Positions 1-12,885 of a stretch of 64,000 nucleotides of DNA are shown one piece after another. The position numbers and the translations under genes are program-made. Below the pieces are notes generated by a model, which saw only the letters and a list, made by a program, of their open reading frames with translations, had not been told where the DNA came from and made no database searches. Where the stretch lies: positions 1-64,000 of the forward strand of contig NW_026576777.1 in the NCBI RefSeq assembly GCF_028641065.1, written 5' to 3'. This DNA is from Leucoraja erinacea. Taxonomy: Eukaryota. The first letter of the stretch is position 1. Each line of letters begins with the position of its first letter.

Positions 1-3000
1 GCTAGTAGACAGAATGGGAGGCAGGAAGCAGAAAAGGGAAGCACTCAGACACGAGGAGAAAGAAAAAAAAGGAAATAAACAGAGAAGAAGAGACGGGGGG
101 GTTTCTTAAATGTGCACATTTTAATGCTAGGAGCATTGTAAGAAAGGTGGATGAGCTTAGTCTGGATAGACACCTGGAAGTATGATGTTGTGGCGATCAG
201 TGAAACGTGGTTGCAGGAGGGCTGTGATTGGAAACTAAATATTCCAGGATTTTGTTGCTTCAGGTGTGATAGAATTGGAGGGGCAAGAGGTGGAGGTGTT
301 ACATTGCTAGTTAGGGAACATATTACAGCAGTGCTTTGGCAGGATAGATTGGAGGGCTCATCTAGGGAGGCTATTTGAGTGGAACTGAGAAGTGGGAAAG
401 GTGTAGCAACACTTATAGGGGTGTATTATAGACCGCCAAATGGGGAACGAGAATTGGAAGAGCAAATATGTAAGGAGATAGCAGATATTAGTAGTAAGCA
501 CAAGGTAGTGATTATGGGAGATTTCAACTTTCCACACATAGACTGAGAAACACATTCTGTAAATGGGCTGTGTTTAAGAAGGAACTGCAGATGCTCGAGA
601 ATCGAAGGTTACACAAAAAAGCTGGAGAAACTCAGCGGGTGCAGCAGCATCTATGGAGCGAAGGAAATAGGCAACGTTTCGGGCCGAAACCCTTCTTCAG
701 ACTGATCGGGGGCGGGGGTGGGCGGGGACAAGAAACGAAAAATGAGGAGGAGACAGCAGGGGGACAAGCGAGCAGCACCGGAAATTGGAGGAACAGCACC
801 TCTTATTCCGTTTAGGGAGTCTGCATCCTGGGGGCATGAACATCGAATTCTCCCAATTTTGTTAGTCCTTGCTGTCTCCTCCCTTTCCTCAGTCCCCCTG
901 CTGTCTCCTCCCATCCCCCCAGCCTTCGGGCTCCTCCTCCTTTTTCTTTTCTTGTCCCCGCCCACCCCCGCCCCCGATCAGTCTGAAGAAGGGTTTCGGC
1001 CCGAAACGTTGCCTATTTCCTTCGCTCCATAGATGCTGCTGCACCCACTGAGTTTTCTCCAGCTTTCGTGTAAATGGGCTGGATGGTTTGGAGTTTGTAA
1101 AATGTGTGCAGGATAGTTTTTTGCAGCAATACATAGAGGTACCTACTAGAGATGGGGCAGTGCTGGACCTCCTGTTAGGAAATGAGGCGGGACAGGTGGC
1201 GGACGTATGCGTTGGGGAGCACTTCGGGTCCAGTGATCACAATACCATTAATTTCAATATAATTATGGAGAAGGTCAGAACTGGACCTAGGGTTGACATT
1301 TTTGATTGGAGAAAGGCTAACTTTGAGGAGATGCGAGATGATTTAAAAGGAGTGAACTGGGACTTTTTGTTTTATGGGAAAGATGTAGAAGAGAAATGGA
1401 GGACATTTAAAGGGGAAATTTTAAGAGTACAGAATCTTTATGTTCATGTTCGGTTGAAAGGAAACAGTAAAAATTGGAAAGAGCCCTGGTTTTCAAGGGA
1501 AATTGGACATCTTGTTCGGAAAAAGAGGGAGATCTACAATAATTATAGGCAGCATGAAGTAAATGAGGTGCTTGAGGAGTATAAGGAATGTAAAAAGAAT
1601 CTTAAGGAAGAAATTAGAAAAGCTAAAAGAAATCCAAAGGGTTTCTACAGCTATATTAATAGCAAAAGGATAACAAGGGATAAAATTGGTCCATTTGGAG
1701 AGACGGAGTAGGCAGCTATCTGCAGAGCCAAAAGAGATGGGGGAGATATTGAACAATTTATTTTCTTCGGTATTCACCAAGGAGAAGGATATTGAATTAT
1801 GTGAGGTAAGGGAAACGAGCAGAGTAGCTATGGATACTATGAGTTTCAAAGTAAAAGAAGTACTGACACTTTTGAAAAATATAAAAGTGGATAAGTCTCC
1901 AGGTCCTGACAAGATATTCCCTAGGACATTGAGTGTAGAAATAGCCGGGGCTTTGACAGAAATATTTCAAATGTCATTAGAAAAGGGAATAGTCCCCGAG
2001 GATTGGCGTACTGCGCATGTTGTTCCATTGTTTAAAAAGGGTTCTAAGAGTAAACCTAGCAATTATAGACCTGTTTGACTTCAGTGGTGCGCAAATTAAT
2101 GGAAAAGATACTTAGAGATCATATATATAAGCATCTGGATAAACATGATTAGGAACAGTCAACATGGATTTGTGCCTGGAAGGTCATTTTTGACTAATCT
2201 TCTTGAATTTTTTTGAAGAGGTTACTAGGGAAATTGACGAGGGTAAAGCAGTGGATGTTGTCTATATGGACTTTAGTAAGGCCTTTGACAAGGTTCCTCA
2301 TGGAAGGTTGGTTAAGAAGGTTAAACTGTTGGGTATAAATGCAGGAATAGCAAGATGGATTCAACAGTGGCTGAATGGGAGAAGCCAGACGGTAATGGTG
2401 GATGGCTGTTTGTCGGGTTGGAGGCAGGTGACTAGTGGGGTGGTAATGTACATCAATGATCTGGATGAAGGGGTGATAAATTGGATTAGTAAGTATGCAG
2501 ATGATACCAAGATAGGGGGTGTTGTGGATAATGAAGAGGATTTCCAAAGTCTACAGAGTGATTTAGGCCATTTGGAAAAATGGGCTGAAAGATGGCAGAT
2601 GGAGTTTAATGCTGATAAATGTGAGGTGCTACACCTTCGCAGGACAAATCAAAATAGGATGTACATGGTAAATGGTAGGGAATTGAAGTTGAACAGAGGG
2701 ATCTGGGAATAACCGTGCATAGTTCCTTGAAGGTGGAATCTCATATAGATAGGGTGGTAAAGAAAACTTTTGGTATGCTAGCCTTTATAAATCAGAGCAT
2801 TGAGTATAGAAGCTGGGATGTAATGTTAAAATTGTACAAGGCATTGGTGAGACCAAATCTGGAGTATGGTATACAATTTTGGTCGCCCAATTATAGGAAG
2901 GATGTCAACAAAATAGAGAGAGTACAGAGGAGATTTACTAGAATGTTGCCTGGGTTTCAACAACTAAGTTACAGAGAAAGGTTGAATACGTTAGATCTTT

Positions 3001-3445
3001 ATTCTCTGGAGCGCAGAAGGTTAAGGGGGGACTTGATAGAGGTCTTTAAAATGATGAGAGGGATAGACAGAGTCGATGTGGACCAGCTTATCCCTTTGAC
3101 AATAGGGAAGATTCAAACAAGAGGACATAACTTCAGAATGAATGGACAGAAGTTTAGGGGTAACATGAGGGGGAACTTCTTTACTCGGAGAGTGGTAGCG
3201 GTGTGGAATGAGCTTCCAGTGGAAGTGGTGGCGGCAGGTTCATTGGTATCATTTAAAAATAAATTGGATAGGCATATGGTTTCCATGCTGTAATTGTTAT
3301 ATGGTTATTATATGGTTATACGGATGAGAAGGGAATGGAGGGTTATGGAATGAGTGCAGGCAGGTAGGACTAAGGGAAAAAAGTTGTTCGGCACGGACTT
3401 GTAGGGCCGAGATGGCCTGTTTACGTGCTGTAATTGTTATATGGT
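1..3445 (+). mobile_element. CR1 LINE (family A, TTATATGG-type tail), decayed ORF2 with endonuclease and RT; 5' part outside the window
   Basis: ORF fragments with [30 protein letters not shown] and YADD; frameshifts; duplicated 3' tail at ~3280-3445. Confidence 0.95.
571..1068 (+). mobile_element. Penelope-like element fragment with inverted pseudo-LTR arms, inserted in CR1
   Basis: 13-bp TSD tgtaaatgggctg at 558-570 and 1069-1081. Internal KLEEQHLLFRLGSLHPGGMNIEF resembles the Penelope GIY-YIG C-terminus. Arms ~618-735 and ~948-1066 are inverted. Confidence 0.8.
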
Positions 3446-6400
3446 TATAAACCAAGTCTATCCAGTCTTTCTTCATAAGACAGTCCTGACATCCCAGGAA
3501 TCAATCTGGTGAACCTTCTCTGCACTCCCTCTATGGCAATAATGTCCTTCCTCAGATTTGGAGACCAAAACTGTACGCAATACTCCAGGTGTGGTCTCAC
3601 CAAGACCCTGTACAACTGCAGTAGAACCTCCCTGCTCCTGTACTTAAATCCTTTTGCTATGAAAGCCAACATACCATTCGCTTTCTTTACTGCCTGCTGC
3701 ACCTGCATGCCTACCTTCAATGACTGGTGTACCATGACACCCAGGTCTCGCTGCATCTCCCCCTTTCCCAATCGGCCACCATTTAGATAATTGTCTGTTT
3801 TCCTGTTTTTACCACCAAAATGGATAACCTCACATTTATCCACATTATACTGCATCTGCTAAACATTTGCCCACTCACCCAGCCTATCTAAGTCACCTTG
3901 CATTCTCCTAGCATCCTCCTCACAGCTAACACTGCCCCCCAGCTTAGTGTCATCCGCAAACTTGGAGATATTGCCTTCAATTCCCTCATCCAGATCATTA
4001 ATATATATTGTCAATATCTGGGGTCCCAGCACTGAACCTTGCGGTACCCCACTAGTCACTGCCTGCCATTTTGAAAAGGACCCGTTTACTCCTACTCTTT
4101 GCTTCCTGTTTGCCAGTCAGTTCTCTATCCACATCAATACTGAACCCCCAATGCCATGTGCTTTAAGTTTGTATACTAATCTCTTATGTGGGACCTTGTC
4201 GAAAGCCTTCTGGAAGTCCAGATACACCACATTCACTGGTTCTCCCCTATCCACGCTACTAGTTACATCCTCGAAAAATTCTATAAGATTCGTCAGACAT
4301 GATTTACCTTTCGTAAATCCATGCTGACTTTGTCCAATGATTTCACCACTTTCCAAATGTGCTGCTATCCCATCTTTAATAACTGGCTCTAGCAGTTTCC
4401 CCACTACCGATGTTAGACTAACTGGTCTGTAATTCCCCGTTTTCTCTCTCCCTCCCTTCTTAAAATGTGGGGCTACGTTTGCTACCCGCCAATCTTCAGG
4501 AACTACTCCAGAATCTAAAGAGTTTTGAAAGATTATTACTAATGCATCCACTATTTCTGGAGCTACTTCCTTAAGTACTCTGGGATGCAGCCTACCTGGC
4601 CCTGGGGATTTATCGGCCTTTAATCCATTCAATTTACCCAACACCACTTCCCGACTAACCTGGATTTCACTCAATTCCTCCAACTCCAATTATTTATGTC
4701 TTCCTTAGTGAAGACGGAACCAAAGTAGTTATTCAATTCGTCTGCCATATCCTTGTTCCCCATGATCAACACCTGTTTCTGACTGCAAGGGACCTACATT
4801 TGTTTTAACTAATCTCTTTCTTTTCACATATCTATAAAAACTTTTGCAGTCAGATTTTATGTTCCCTGCCCGTTTTCTTTCATGATCCATTTTTCCTTTC
4901 CTAATTAAGCCCTTTTTCCTCTGCTGGTCTCTGAATTTTTCCCAGTCCTCCGGTATGCTGCTTTTTCTGGCTAATTTGTACGCATCATCCTACGCTTTGA
5001 TACGGGTGGCCAATAGTCTGCAAAGCAGTAGGCAGGTAGTGCAGGAGTCCCCTGCGGTCATCTCCCTCCTAAACAGGTATACCATTTTGGAAACTGTTGA
5101 GGGAGATTGCTCATCAGGGGAAGGCAGCAGCAGCCAAGTTCATGGCACCATGGGTGGCTCTGCGGCACATGAGGGGGGGAAAAAGAGTGGAAGGGCAATA
5201 GTAATAGGGGATTCAATTGTCAGGGGAATAGATAGGCGTTTCTGCGGCCGCAAAAGAGACTCCAGGATGGTATGTTGCCTCCCTGGTGCAAGGGTCAGGG
5301 ATGTCACTGATCGGCTGCAGAACATTCTGGAGGGGGAGGGTGAACAGCCAGTTGTCGTGGTGCATATTGGCACCAACGATATAGGTAAAAAAAGGGATGA
5401 GGTCCTACAGGATGAATTTAGGGAGCTAGGAGATAAGCTTAAAAGTAGGACCTCAAAGGTAATAATCTCTGGATTACTACCAGTAGCACGGGCCAGTCAG
5501 AGCAGAAATAGGAGGATATTGCAGATGAATACGTGGCTTGAAAAATGGTGCAAGGGGGAGGAATTCAAATTTTTAGGGCATTGGAACCAGTTCTGGGGGA
5601 GGTGGGACCAGTACAAACAGGACGGTCTGCACCTGGACTGGAATGGAACCAATGTCCTTGGGGGAGTGTTTGCTAGTGCTGTCGGGGAGGATTTAAACTA
5701 ATGTGGCAGGGGGATGGGTACAAGAGCAGAGAGGCAGGGGAGTGTAAAATGAGGGTAGAAGCAATAGGTAGCAAGGTGAAAAGTAAAAGTGGCAGGCATA
5801 CAAAACCAGGGCAAAAATCAAAAAGGGCCACTTTTCAACATAATTGTATAAGGGGTAAGAGCGTTGTAAAAACAAGCCTGAAGGCTTTGTGTCTCAATGC
5901 AAGGAGTATTCGTAATAAGGTGGATGAGTTGAACGTGCAGATAGCCATTAATGATTGTGATATAGTTGGGATCACGGAGACATGGCTCCAGGGTGACCAG
6001 GGCTGGGAGCTGAACATCCATGGATATTCAATATTCAGGAGGGATAGAGAGAAAGGAAAAGGAGGTGGGGTAGTGTTGCTGGTTAGAGAGGAGATTAACG
6101 CAATGGAAAGGAAGGACATTAGTTTTGAGGATGTGGAATCGGTATGGGTAGAGCTGAGAAACAATAAGGGGCAGAAAACATTGGTGGGTGTTGTGTACAG
6201 GCCACCTAACAGTAGTAGTGAAGTTGGAGATGGTATCAAACAGGAAATTAGAAATGCTTGCGACAAAGGCAAAGCAGTTATAATGGGTGACTTCAATCTA
6301 CATATAGATTGGGTGAATCAAATTGGCAGGGGTGCTGAGGAAGAGGATTTCTTGGAATGTATGCGGGATAGTTATCTAAATCAACATGTAGAGGAACCAA

Positions 6401-9226
6401 CGAGAGAGCTGGCTATTTTAGACTGGGTATTGAGTAATGAGGAAGGGTTAGTTAGTAGTCTTGTTGTGCGTGGCCCCTTGGGCAAGAGCGACCATAATAT
6501 GGTTGAGTTCTTCATTAGGATGGAGAGAGACATTGTTAATTCAGAAACAATGGTTTTGAACTTAAAGAAAGGTAACTTTGAGGGTATGAGACGTGAATTG
6601 GCCAAGATTGACTGGCAATTAATTCTAAAAGGGTTGACGGTGGATATGCAATGGAAGGCATTTAAAGACTGCATGGATGAACTACAAAAATTGTTCATCC
6701 CAGGTTGGCAAAAGAATAAATCAGGGAAGGTAGTGCATCCATGGATAACAAGGGAAATCAGGGATAGTATCAAAGCAAAGGATGATGCGTACAAACTAGC
6801 CAGAAAAAGCAGCATACCGGAGGACTGGGAGAAATTCAGAGACCAGCAGAGGAGGACGAAGGGCTTAATTAGGAAAGGAAAAATGGATTATGAAAGAAAA
6901 CTGGCAGGGAACATAAAATCTGACTGCAAAAGTTTTTATAGATATGTGAAAAGAAAGAGATTAGTTAAAACAAATGTAGGTCCCTTGCAGTCAGAAACAG
7001 GTGAGTTGATCATGGGGAACCAGGATATGGCGGACCAATTGAATAACTACTTTGGTTCTGTCTTCACTAAGGAAGACATAAATGATCTGCCGGAAATAGC
7101 AGGGGCCCGCGGGTCAAAGGAGGTGGAGGAATTGAGTGAAATCCAGGTTAGTCGGGAAGTGGTGTTGGGTAAATTGAATGGATTAAAGGCCGATAAAACC
7201 CCAGGGCCAGATAGGCTGCATCCCAGAGTACTTAAGGAAGTAGCTCCAGAAATAGTGGATGCATTAGTAATAATCTTTCAAAACTCTTTATATTCTGCAG
7301 TAGTTCCTGACGAATCTTATAGAATTTTTCGAGGATGTAACCAGTAGCGTGGATAGGGGAGAGCCAGTGGATGTGGTGTATCTGGACTTCCAGAAGGCTT
7401 TCGACAAGGTCCCACATAAGAGATTAGTATACAAACTTAAAGCACATGGCATTGTGGGTTCAGTATTGATGTGGATAGAGAACTGGCTGGCAAACAGGAA
7501 GCAAAGAATAGGAATAAACGGGTCATTTTCACAATGGCAGGCAGTGACTAGTGGGGTACCGCAAGGCTCAGTACTGGGACCCCAGCTATTTACAATATAT
7601 ATTAATGATCTGGATGAGGGAATTGAAGGCAATATCTCCAAGTTTGCGGATGACACTAAGCTGGGGGGCAGTGTTAGGTGTGAGGAGGATGCTAGGAGAC
7701 TGCAAGGTGACTTGGATAGGCTGGGTGAGTGGGCAAATGTTTGGCAGATGTAGTATAATGTGGATAAATGTGAGGTTATCCAATTTGGTGGCAAAAACGG
7801 GAAAGCAGACTATTATCTAAATGGTGGCCGATTGGGAAAGGGGGAGATGCAGCGAGACCTGGGTGTCATGGTACACCAGTCATTGAAGGTAGGCATGCAG
7901 GTGCAGCAGGCAGTAAAGTTGGCTTTCATAGCAAGAGGATTTTAGTATAGGAGCAGGGAGGTTTTACTGCAGTTGTACAGGGTCTTGGTGAGACCACACC
8001 TGGAGTATTGCGTGCAGTTTTGGTCTCCAAATCTGAGGAAGGACATTATTGCCATAGAGGGAGTGCAGAGAAGGTTCACCAGACTGATTCCTGGGATGTC
8101 AGGACTGTCTTATGAAGAAAGACTGGATACACTTGGTTTATACTCTCTAGAATTTAGGAGATTGAGAGGAGATCTTATAGAAACTTACACAATTCTTAAG
8201 GGGTTGGACAGGCTAGATGCAGGAAGATTGTTCCCGATGTTGGGGAAGTCCAGAACAAGGGGTCACAGCTTAAGGATAAGGGGGAAATCCTTTAAAACTG
8301 AAATGAGGAGAACTTTTTTCACACAGAGAGTGGTAAATCTCTGGAACTCTCTGCCACAGAGGGTAGTTGAGGCCAGTTCATTGGCTATATTTAAGAGGGA
8401 GTTAGATGTGGCCCTTGTGGCCAAGGGGATCAGAGGGTATGGAGAGAAGGCAGGTACGGGATACTGAGTTGGATGATCAGCCATGATCATATTGAATGGC
8501 GGTGCAGGCTCGAAGGGCCGAATGGCCTACTCCTGCACCTAATTTCTATGTTTCTATGATACTATCCCTGATTTCACTTGTTATCCACGGATGCACTACC
8601 TTCCCTGATTTATTCTTTTGCCAAACTGGGATGAACAATTTTTGTAGTTCATCCATGCAGTCTTTAAATGTCTTCCATTGCATATCCACCGTCAACCCTT
8701 TTAGAATTAATTGCCAATTAATCTTGGCCAATTCACATCTCACACCCTCAAAGTTACCTTTCTTTAAGTTCAAAACCATTGTTTCTGAATTACCAATGTC
8801 ACTCTCCATCCTAATGAAGAACTCAACCATATTATGGTCACTCTTGCCCAAGGGGCCACGCACAGCAAGACTGCTAACTAACCCTTCCTCATTACTCAAT
8901 ACCCTGTCTCAAAGAGCCTGCTCTCTCGTTGGTTCCTCTACATGTTGATTTAGATAACTAACCCGCATACATTCCAAGAAATCCTCTTCCTCAGCACCTC
9001 TGCCAATTTGGTTCACCCAATCTATATGTAGATTGAAGTCGCCCATTATAACTGCTCTGCATTTGTCGCACGCATTTCTAATTTCCTGTTTGATACCATC
9101 TCCAGCTTCACTACTACTGTTAGGTGGCCTGTACACAACACCCACCAACGTTTTCTGCCCCTTAGTGTTTCGCAGCTCTACCCATACCGATTCCACATCC
9201 TCCAAACTAATGTCCTTCCTTTCCAT
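3446..9226 (-). mobile_element. CR1 LINE (family B), split into 3446-5003 and 8557-9226 by a younger CR1 insertion
   Basis: Minus-strand RT and endonuclease ORFs; the sequence ...tttgatac|tatccctg continues across the insertion; tgatac is duplicated at 4998-5003 and 8557-8562. Confidence 0.9.
5004..8556 (+). mobile_element. CR1 LINE (family B) with SGNH-esterase ORF1 (~5004-5700) and ORF2 (5701-8467) carrying an internal deletion at ~7310 and stops
   Basis: ORF1 GDS..GTND..DGLHL; ORF2 GITETWL, YRPP, GDFN, SDHN, FADD; tail ttctatgtttctatg. Confidence 0.95.
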
Positions 9227-9489
9227 GTTTCTTAGTGGGAGGATTGACCCCTTGGGGTGCAAGCTGAACTGGTGGCAAGATATTAATTCTATTCCCCTGG
9301 AATATGTTTGGTATATATAACTACCAAGAGTGATAGCTTCCCAACCAGGTGTGATTTTCTCCCCCCCCCCCCCCCCCCCCCTCCCCACTGTTAGTACAAA
9401 CCCTCCACCTGTGATGGTTGGAACCATACTTATCTGTCTTCACTGTTGTTTGGTGGTGTGTTCATTTCTTAGAAAATTAGAAATTAGAA

Positions 9490-11378
9490 ATTAGAAAAGC
9501 TAAAAGAAGATATGAGGTTGCTTTGGCAAGTAAGGTGAAAGTCAATCCAAAGGGTTTCTACAGCTATATTAATAGCAAAAGGATAACGAGGGATAAAATT
9601 GGTCCATTGGAGAGACAGAGTGGACAGCTATCTGCAGAGCCAAAAGAGATGGGGGAGATATTGAACAATTTTTTTTCTTCGGTATTCACCAAGGAGAAGG
9701 ATTTTGAATTATGTGAGGTAAGGGAAACTAGTAGAGTAGTTATGGATACTATGAGGTTCAAAGTAAAAGAAGTACTGACACTTTTGAAAAATATAAAAGT
9801 GGATAAGTCTCCAGGTCCTGACAGGATATTCCCTAGGACATTGAGGGAAGTTAGTGTAGAAATAGCCGGGGCTATGACAGAAATATTTCAAATGTCATTA
9901 GAAACGGGAATAGTCCCCGAGGATTGGCGTACTGCGCATGTTGTTCCATTGATTAAAAAGGGTTCTAAGAGTAAACCTAGCAATTATAGATCGGTTCGTT
10001 TGACTTCAGTGGTGGGCAAATTAATGGAAAAGATACTTAGAGACAATATATATAAGCATCTAGATAAACAGGGTCTGATTAGGAACAGTCAACATGGATT
10101 TGTGCCTGGAAGGTCATGTTTGACTAATCTTCTTGAATTTTTTGAAGAGGTTACTAGGGAAATTGACGAGGGTAAAGCAGTGGATGTTGTCTATATGGAC
10201 TTTAGTAAGGCCTTTGACAACGTTCCTCATGGAAGGTTGGTTAAGAAGGTTCAACTGTTGGGTATAAATGCAGGAATAGCAAGATGGATTCAACAGTGGC
10301 TGAATGGGAGAAGCCAGAGGGTATTGGTGGATGGCTGTTTATCGGGTTGGAGGCAGGTGACTAGTGGGGTGCCTCAGGGATCTGTGTTGGGTCCTTTGTT
10401 GTTTGTCATGTACATCAATGATCTGGATGAAGGTGTGGTAAATTGGATTAGTAAGTATGCAGATGATACTAAGATAGGGGGGTGCTGTGGATAATGAAGA
10501 GGATTTCCAAAGTCTACAGAGTGATTTAGGCCATTTGGAAAAATGGGCTGAAAGATGGCAGATGGAGTTTAATGCTGATAAATGTGAGGTGCTACACCTT
10601 GGCAGGACAAATCAAAATAGGACGTACATGGTAAATGGTAGGGAATTGAAGAATACAGTTGAACAGAGGGATCTGGGTATAACCGTGCATAGTTCCTTGA
10701 AGGTGGAATCTCATATAGATAGGGTGGTAAAGAAAGCTTTTGGTATGCTAGCCTTTATAAATCGGAGCATTGAGTATAGAAGCTGGGATGTAATGTTAAA
10801 ATTGTACAAGGCATTGGTGAGACCAAATCTGGAGTATGGGGTACAATTTTGGTCGCCAAATTATAGGAAGGATGTCAACAAAATAGAGAGAGTACAGAGG
10901 AGATTTACTAGAATGTTGCCTGGGTTTCAACAACTAAGTTACAGAGATAGGTTGAATAAGTTAGGTCTTTATTCTCTGGAGCGCAGAAGGTTAAGGGGGG
11001 ACCTGATAGAGGTCTTTAAAATGATGAGAGGGATAGACAGAGCTGATGTGGACAAGCTTTTCCCTTTGAGAATAGGGAAGATTCAAACAAGGGGACATGA
11101 CTTCAGAATTAAGGGACAGAAGTTTAGGGGTAATATGAGGGGGGACTTCTTTACGCAGAGAGTGGTGGCGGTGTGGAATGAGCTCCCAGTGGAAGTGGTG
11201 GAGGCAGGTTCATTGGTATCATTTTAAAAATAAATTGGATAGGCATATGGATGAGAAGGGAATGGAGGGTTATGGTACGAGTGCAGGCAGGTGGGACTAA
11301 GGGGAAAAAAAATTGTTTCGGCATGGACTTGTAGGGCCGAGATGGCCTGTTTCCGTGCTGTAATTGTTATATGGTTAT
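9490..11378 (+). mobile_element. 5'-truncated CR1 LINE (family A), RT region
   Basis: ORFs 9523-10494 and 10487-11227 ([16 protein letters not shown]), one frameshift, 3' tail. Confidence 0.95.
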
Positions 11379-11380
11379 TA

Positions 11381-12123
11381 AAGGTATGTACCTTATTTTT
11401 ACATTAAAAGGGGCTTCTTAAGAACCCTGTATATAAAGTTTTCTATAGCGAGTAGCTTATTTTGGGCTCTTTATATCCCGCAGTATTTTTCTGGGCATTT
11501 GAGGGCACAAATCCACTGCAATGTGAACGTTCTATACCAGCGCGTTCACAGGACCCACCAGAAAGGAGATTTGAATGGACTTTAATTTACAGCAATTGAA
11601 CACTAAATTCCTTCCATTTGGCCTATAAATTAATGTAAATGAGATTTTAAAATCATGTTTTATTGTGAATTATTTATGAATATTATTTGGACACTTGGGC
11701 TATTTAAAAACGTTTATCATTTATTAAGAAATGGATAGATGTTTAGATCTAGTAATTGAAGTTTGCTACACTTGGGTAACTAACTAATTATATGCTTTAA
11801 TTTCAGGTCATCCAAGTTAGATTATTTTATGTTTGTTTCAGAATGGTTCAATCTACGATAACTGAAAATTTCATTCAGTTCTCTTAATTTTTAAGAAGGT
11901 TATGGCCTTTTGACTGTCCATGATCACAGCTTTTTTGTTATGTCCATAGAAAATCAATAGGGAACAAGATGCTAATTTCCGAGTATGAAAATGGCCATAA
12001 CGTTTTAAATACTTGAGATATGAAAGTGAATTAGGTGTCAAATTAAACTTATTTTTATGCTTTATCTGATGGGATAAATTACAGACTTGATTTTTTAAAT
12101 CTCAAAATTTTGTAACATTGCTA
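11381..12123. repeat. AT-rich interspersed repeat, probably a non-autonomous DNA transposon; its end recurs at ~57015-57243
   Basis: ~11895-12120 is nearly identical to 57015-57240. Confidence 0.6.
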
Positions 12124-12578
12124 CTTTACCTGCCCGCCGGCCATGACCATTTACCTTGCCAATCATCGCCTCTCCAGCGGCTGCCAGCACCTACCTGGAT
12201 TCCAGGCCCAGTTTCCAACCGAGAGACTGAGGAAGGGTCACGACCCAAAACATCACCTGTCCATGTTCTCCAGAGATGCTGCCTGACCTGCTGAGTTACT
12301 CCAGCACTTATACAATGATAATCCCTTACTGAGTTATAGCGAACAATTGGTAATAACAGAGACCATTCTGCCTCCCCCCCCCCCCCCCATGGTCCTTTAT
12401 AAAGAGGGTTTACTGTAAAGTTATTATTATTGTTTACGGTGCTAACCTGTGTCTGAAAAGCATTTACAGGAAAAATGTTGATTTTTTTTTTTTGTCCAAT
12501 TTCTTTATTTTCAGAAGGACGTCGCTTAATCCGGGTGGATGATGGAAACAATTCTTCAGATTAATAAATCAAACAATG

Positions 12579-12885
12579 GGTGGCACGGTGGCACAATGCT
12601 AGAGTTGCTGCCTTACAATGCCAGAGACCCAGGCCCGATCCATATTATGGGTGCTGGCTATACAGAGTCTGTACGTTCTCCCCGTGCCCTGTGTGGGTTT
12701 TCTCTGGGAGCTCCAATTTCCTCCCACACTCCAAAGACGTACGGGTTTGTAGACTAATTGGCTTTGTTAGAATTGTAAATTGTCCCTCGTGTATAGGATA
12801 GTGTTAGTGTACGGGGATCACTAGTCAGCGCCAAATTGGTGGGTTGAAGGGCGTGTTTCTGTGCTGTATATCTAAACTCAACTAA
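12579..12885 (+). mobile_element. tRNA-derived SINE (HE1-like elasmobranch SINE); related copies at ~13240-13510, 13575-13810(-), 18836-18975, 37270-37640(-), 45800-46050, 46390-47080, 49805-50103(-), 55803-55930 and 61745-62010(-)
   Basis: Head ggcacggtggc..ccagagacc with A/B-box-like motifs, conserved body ctcccacactccaaagacgt, CR1-like tail ending in (aaact)n. Confidence 0.7.

Noticed and set aside
3509-8948. Recurring ORFs antisense to CR1 (MNLLCTPS.., MKSPIITA.., MPPKWITS..)
   Set aside because: Shadow frames of CR1 ORF2 that recur in every copy
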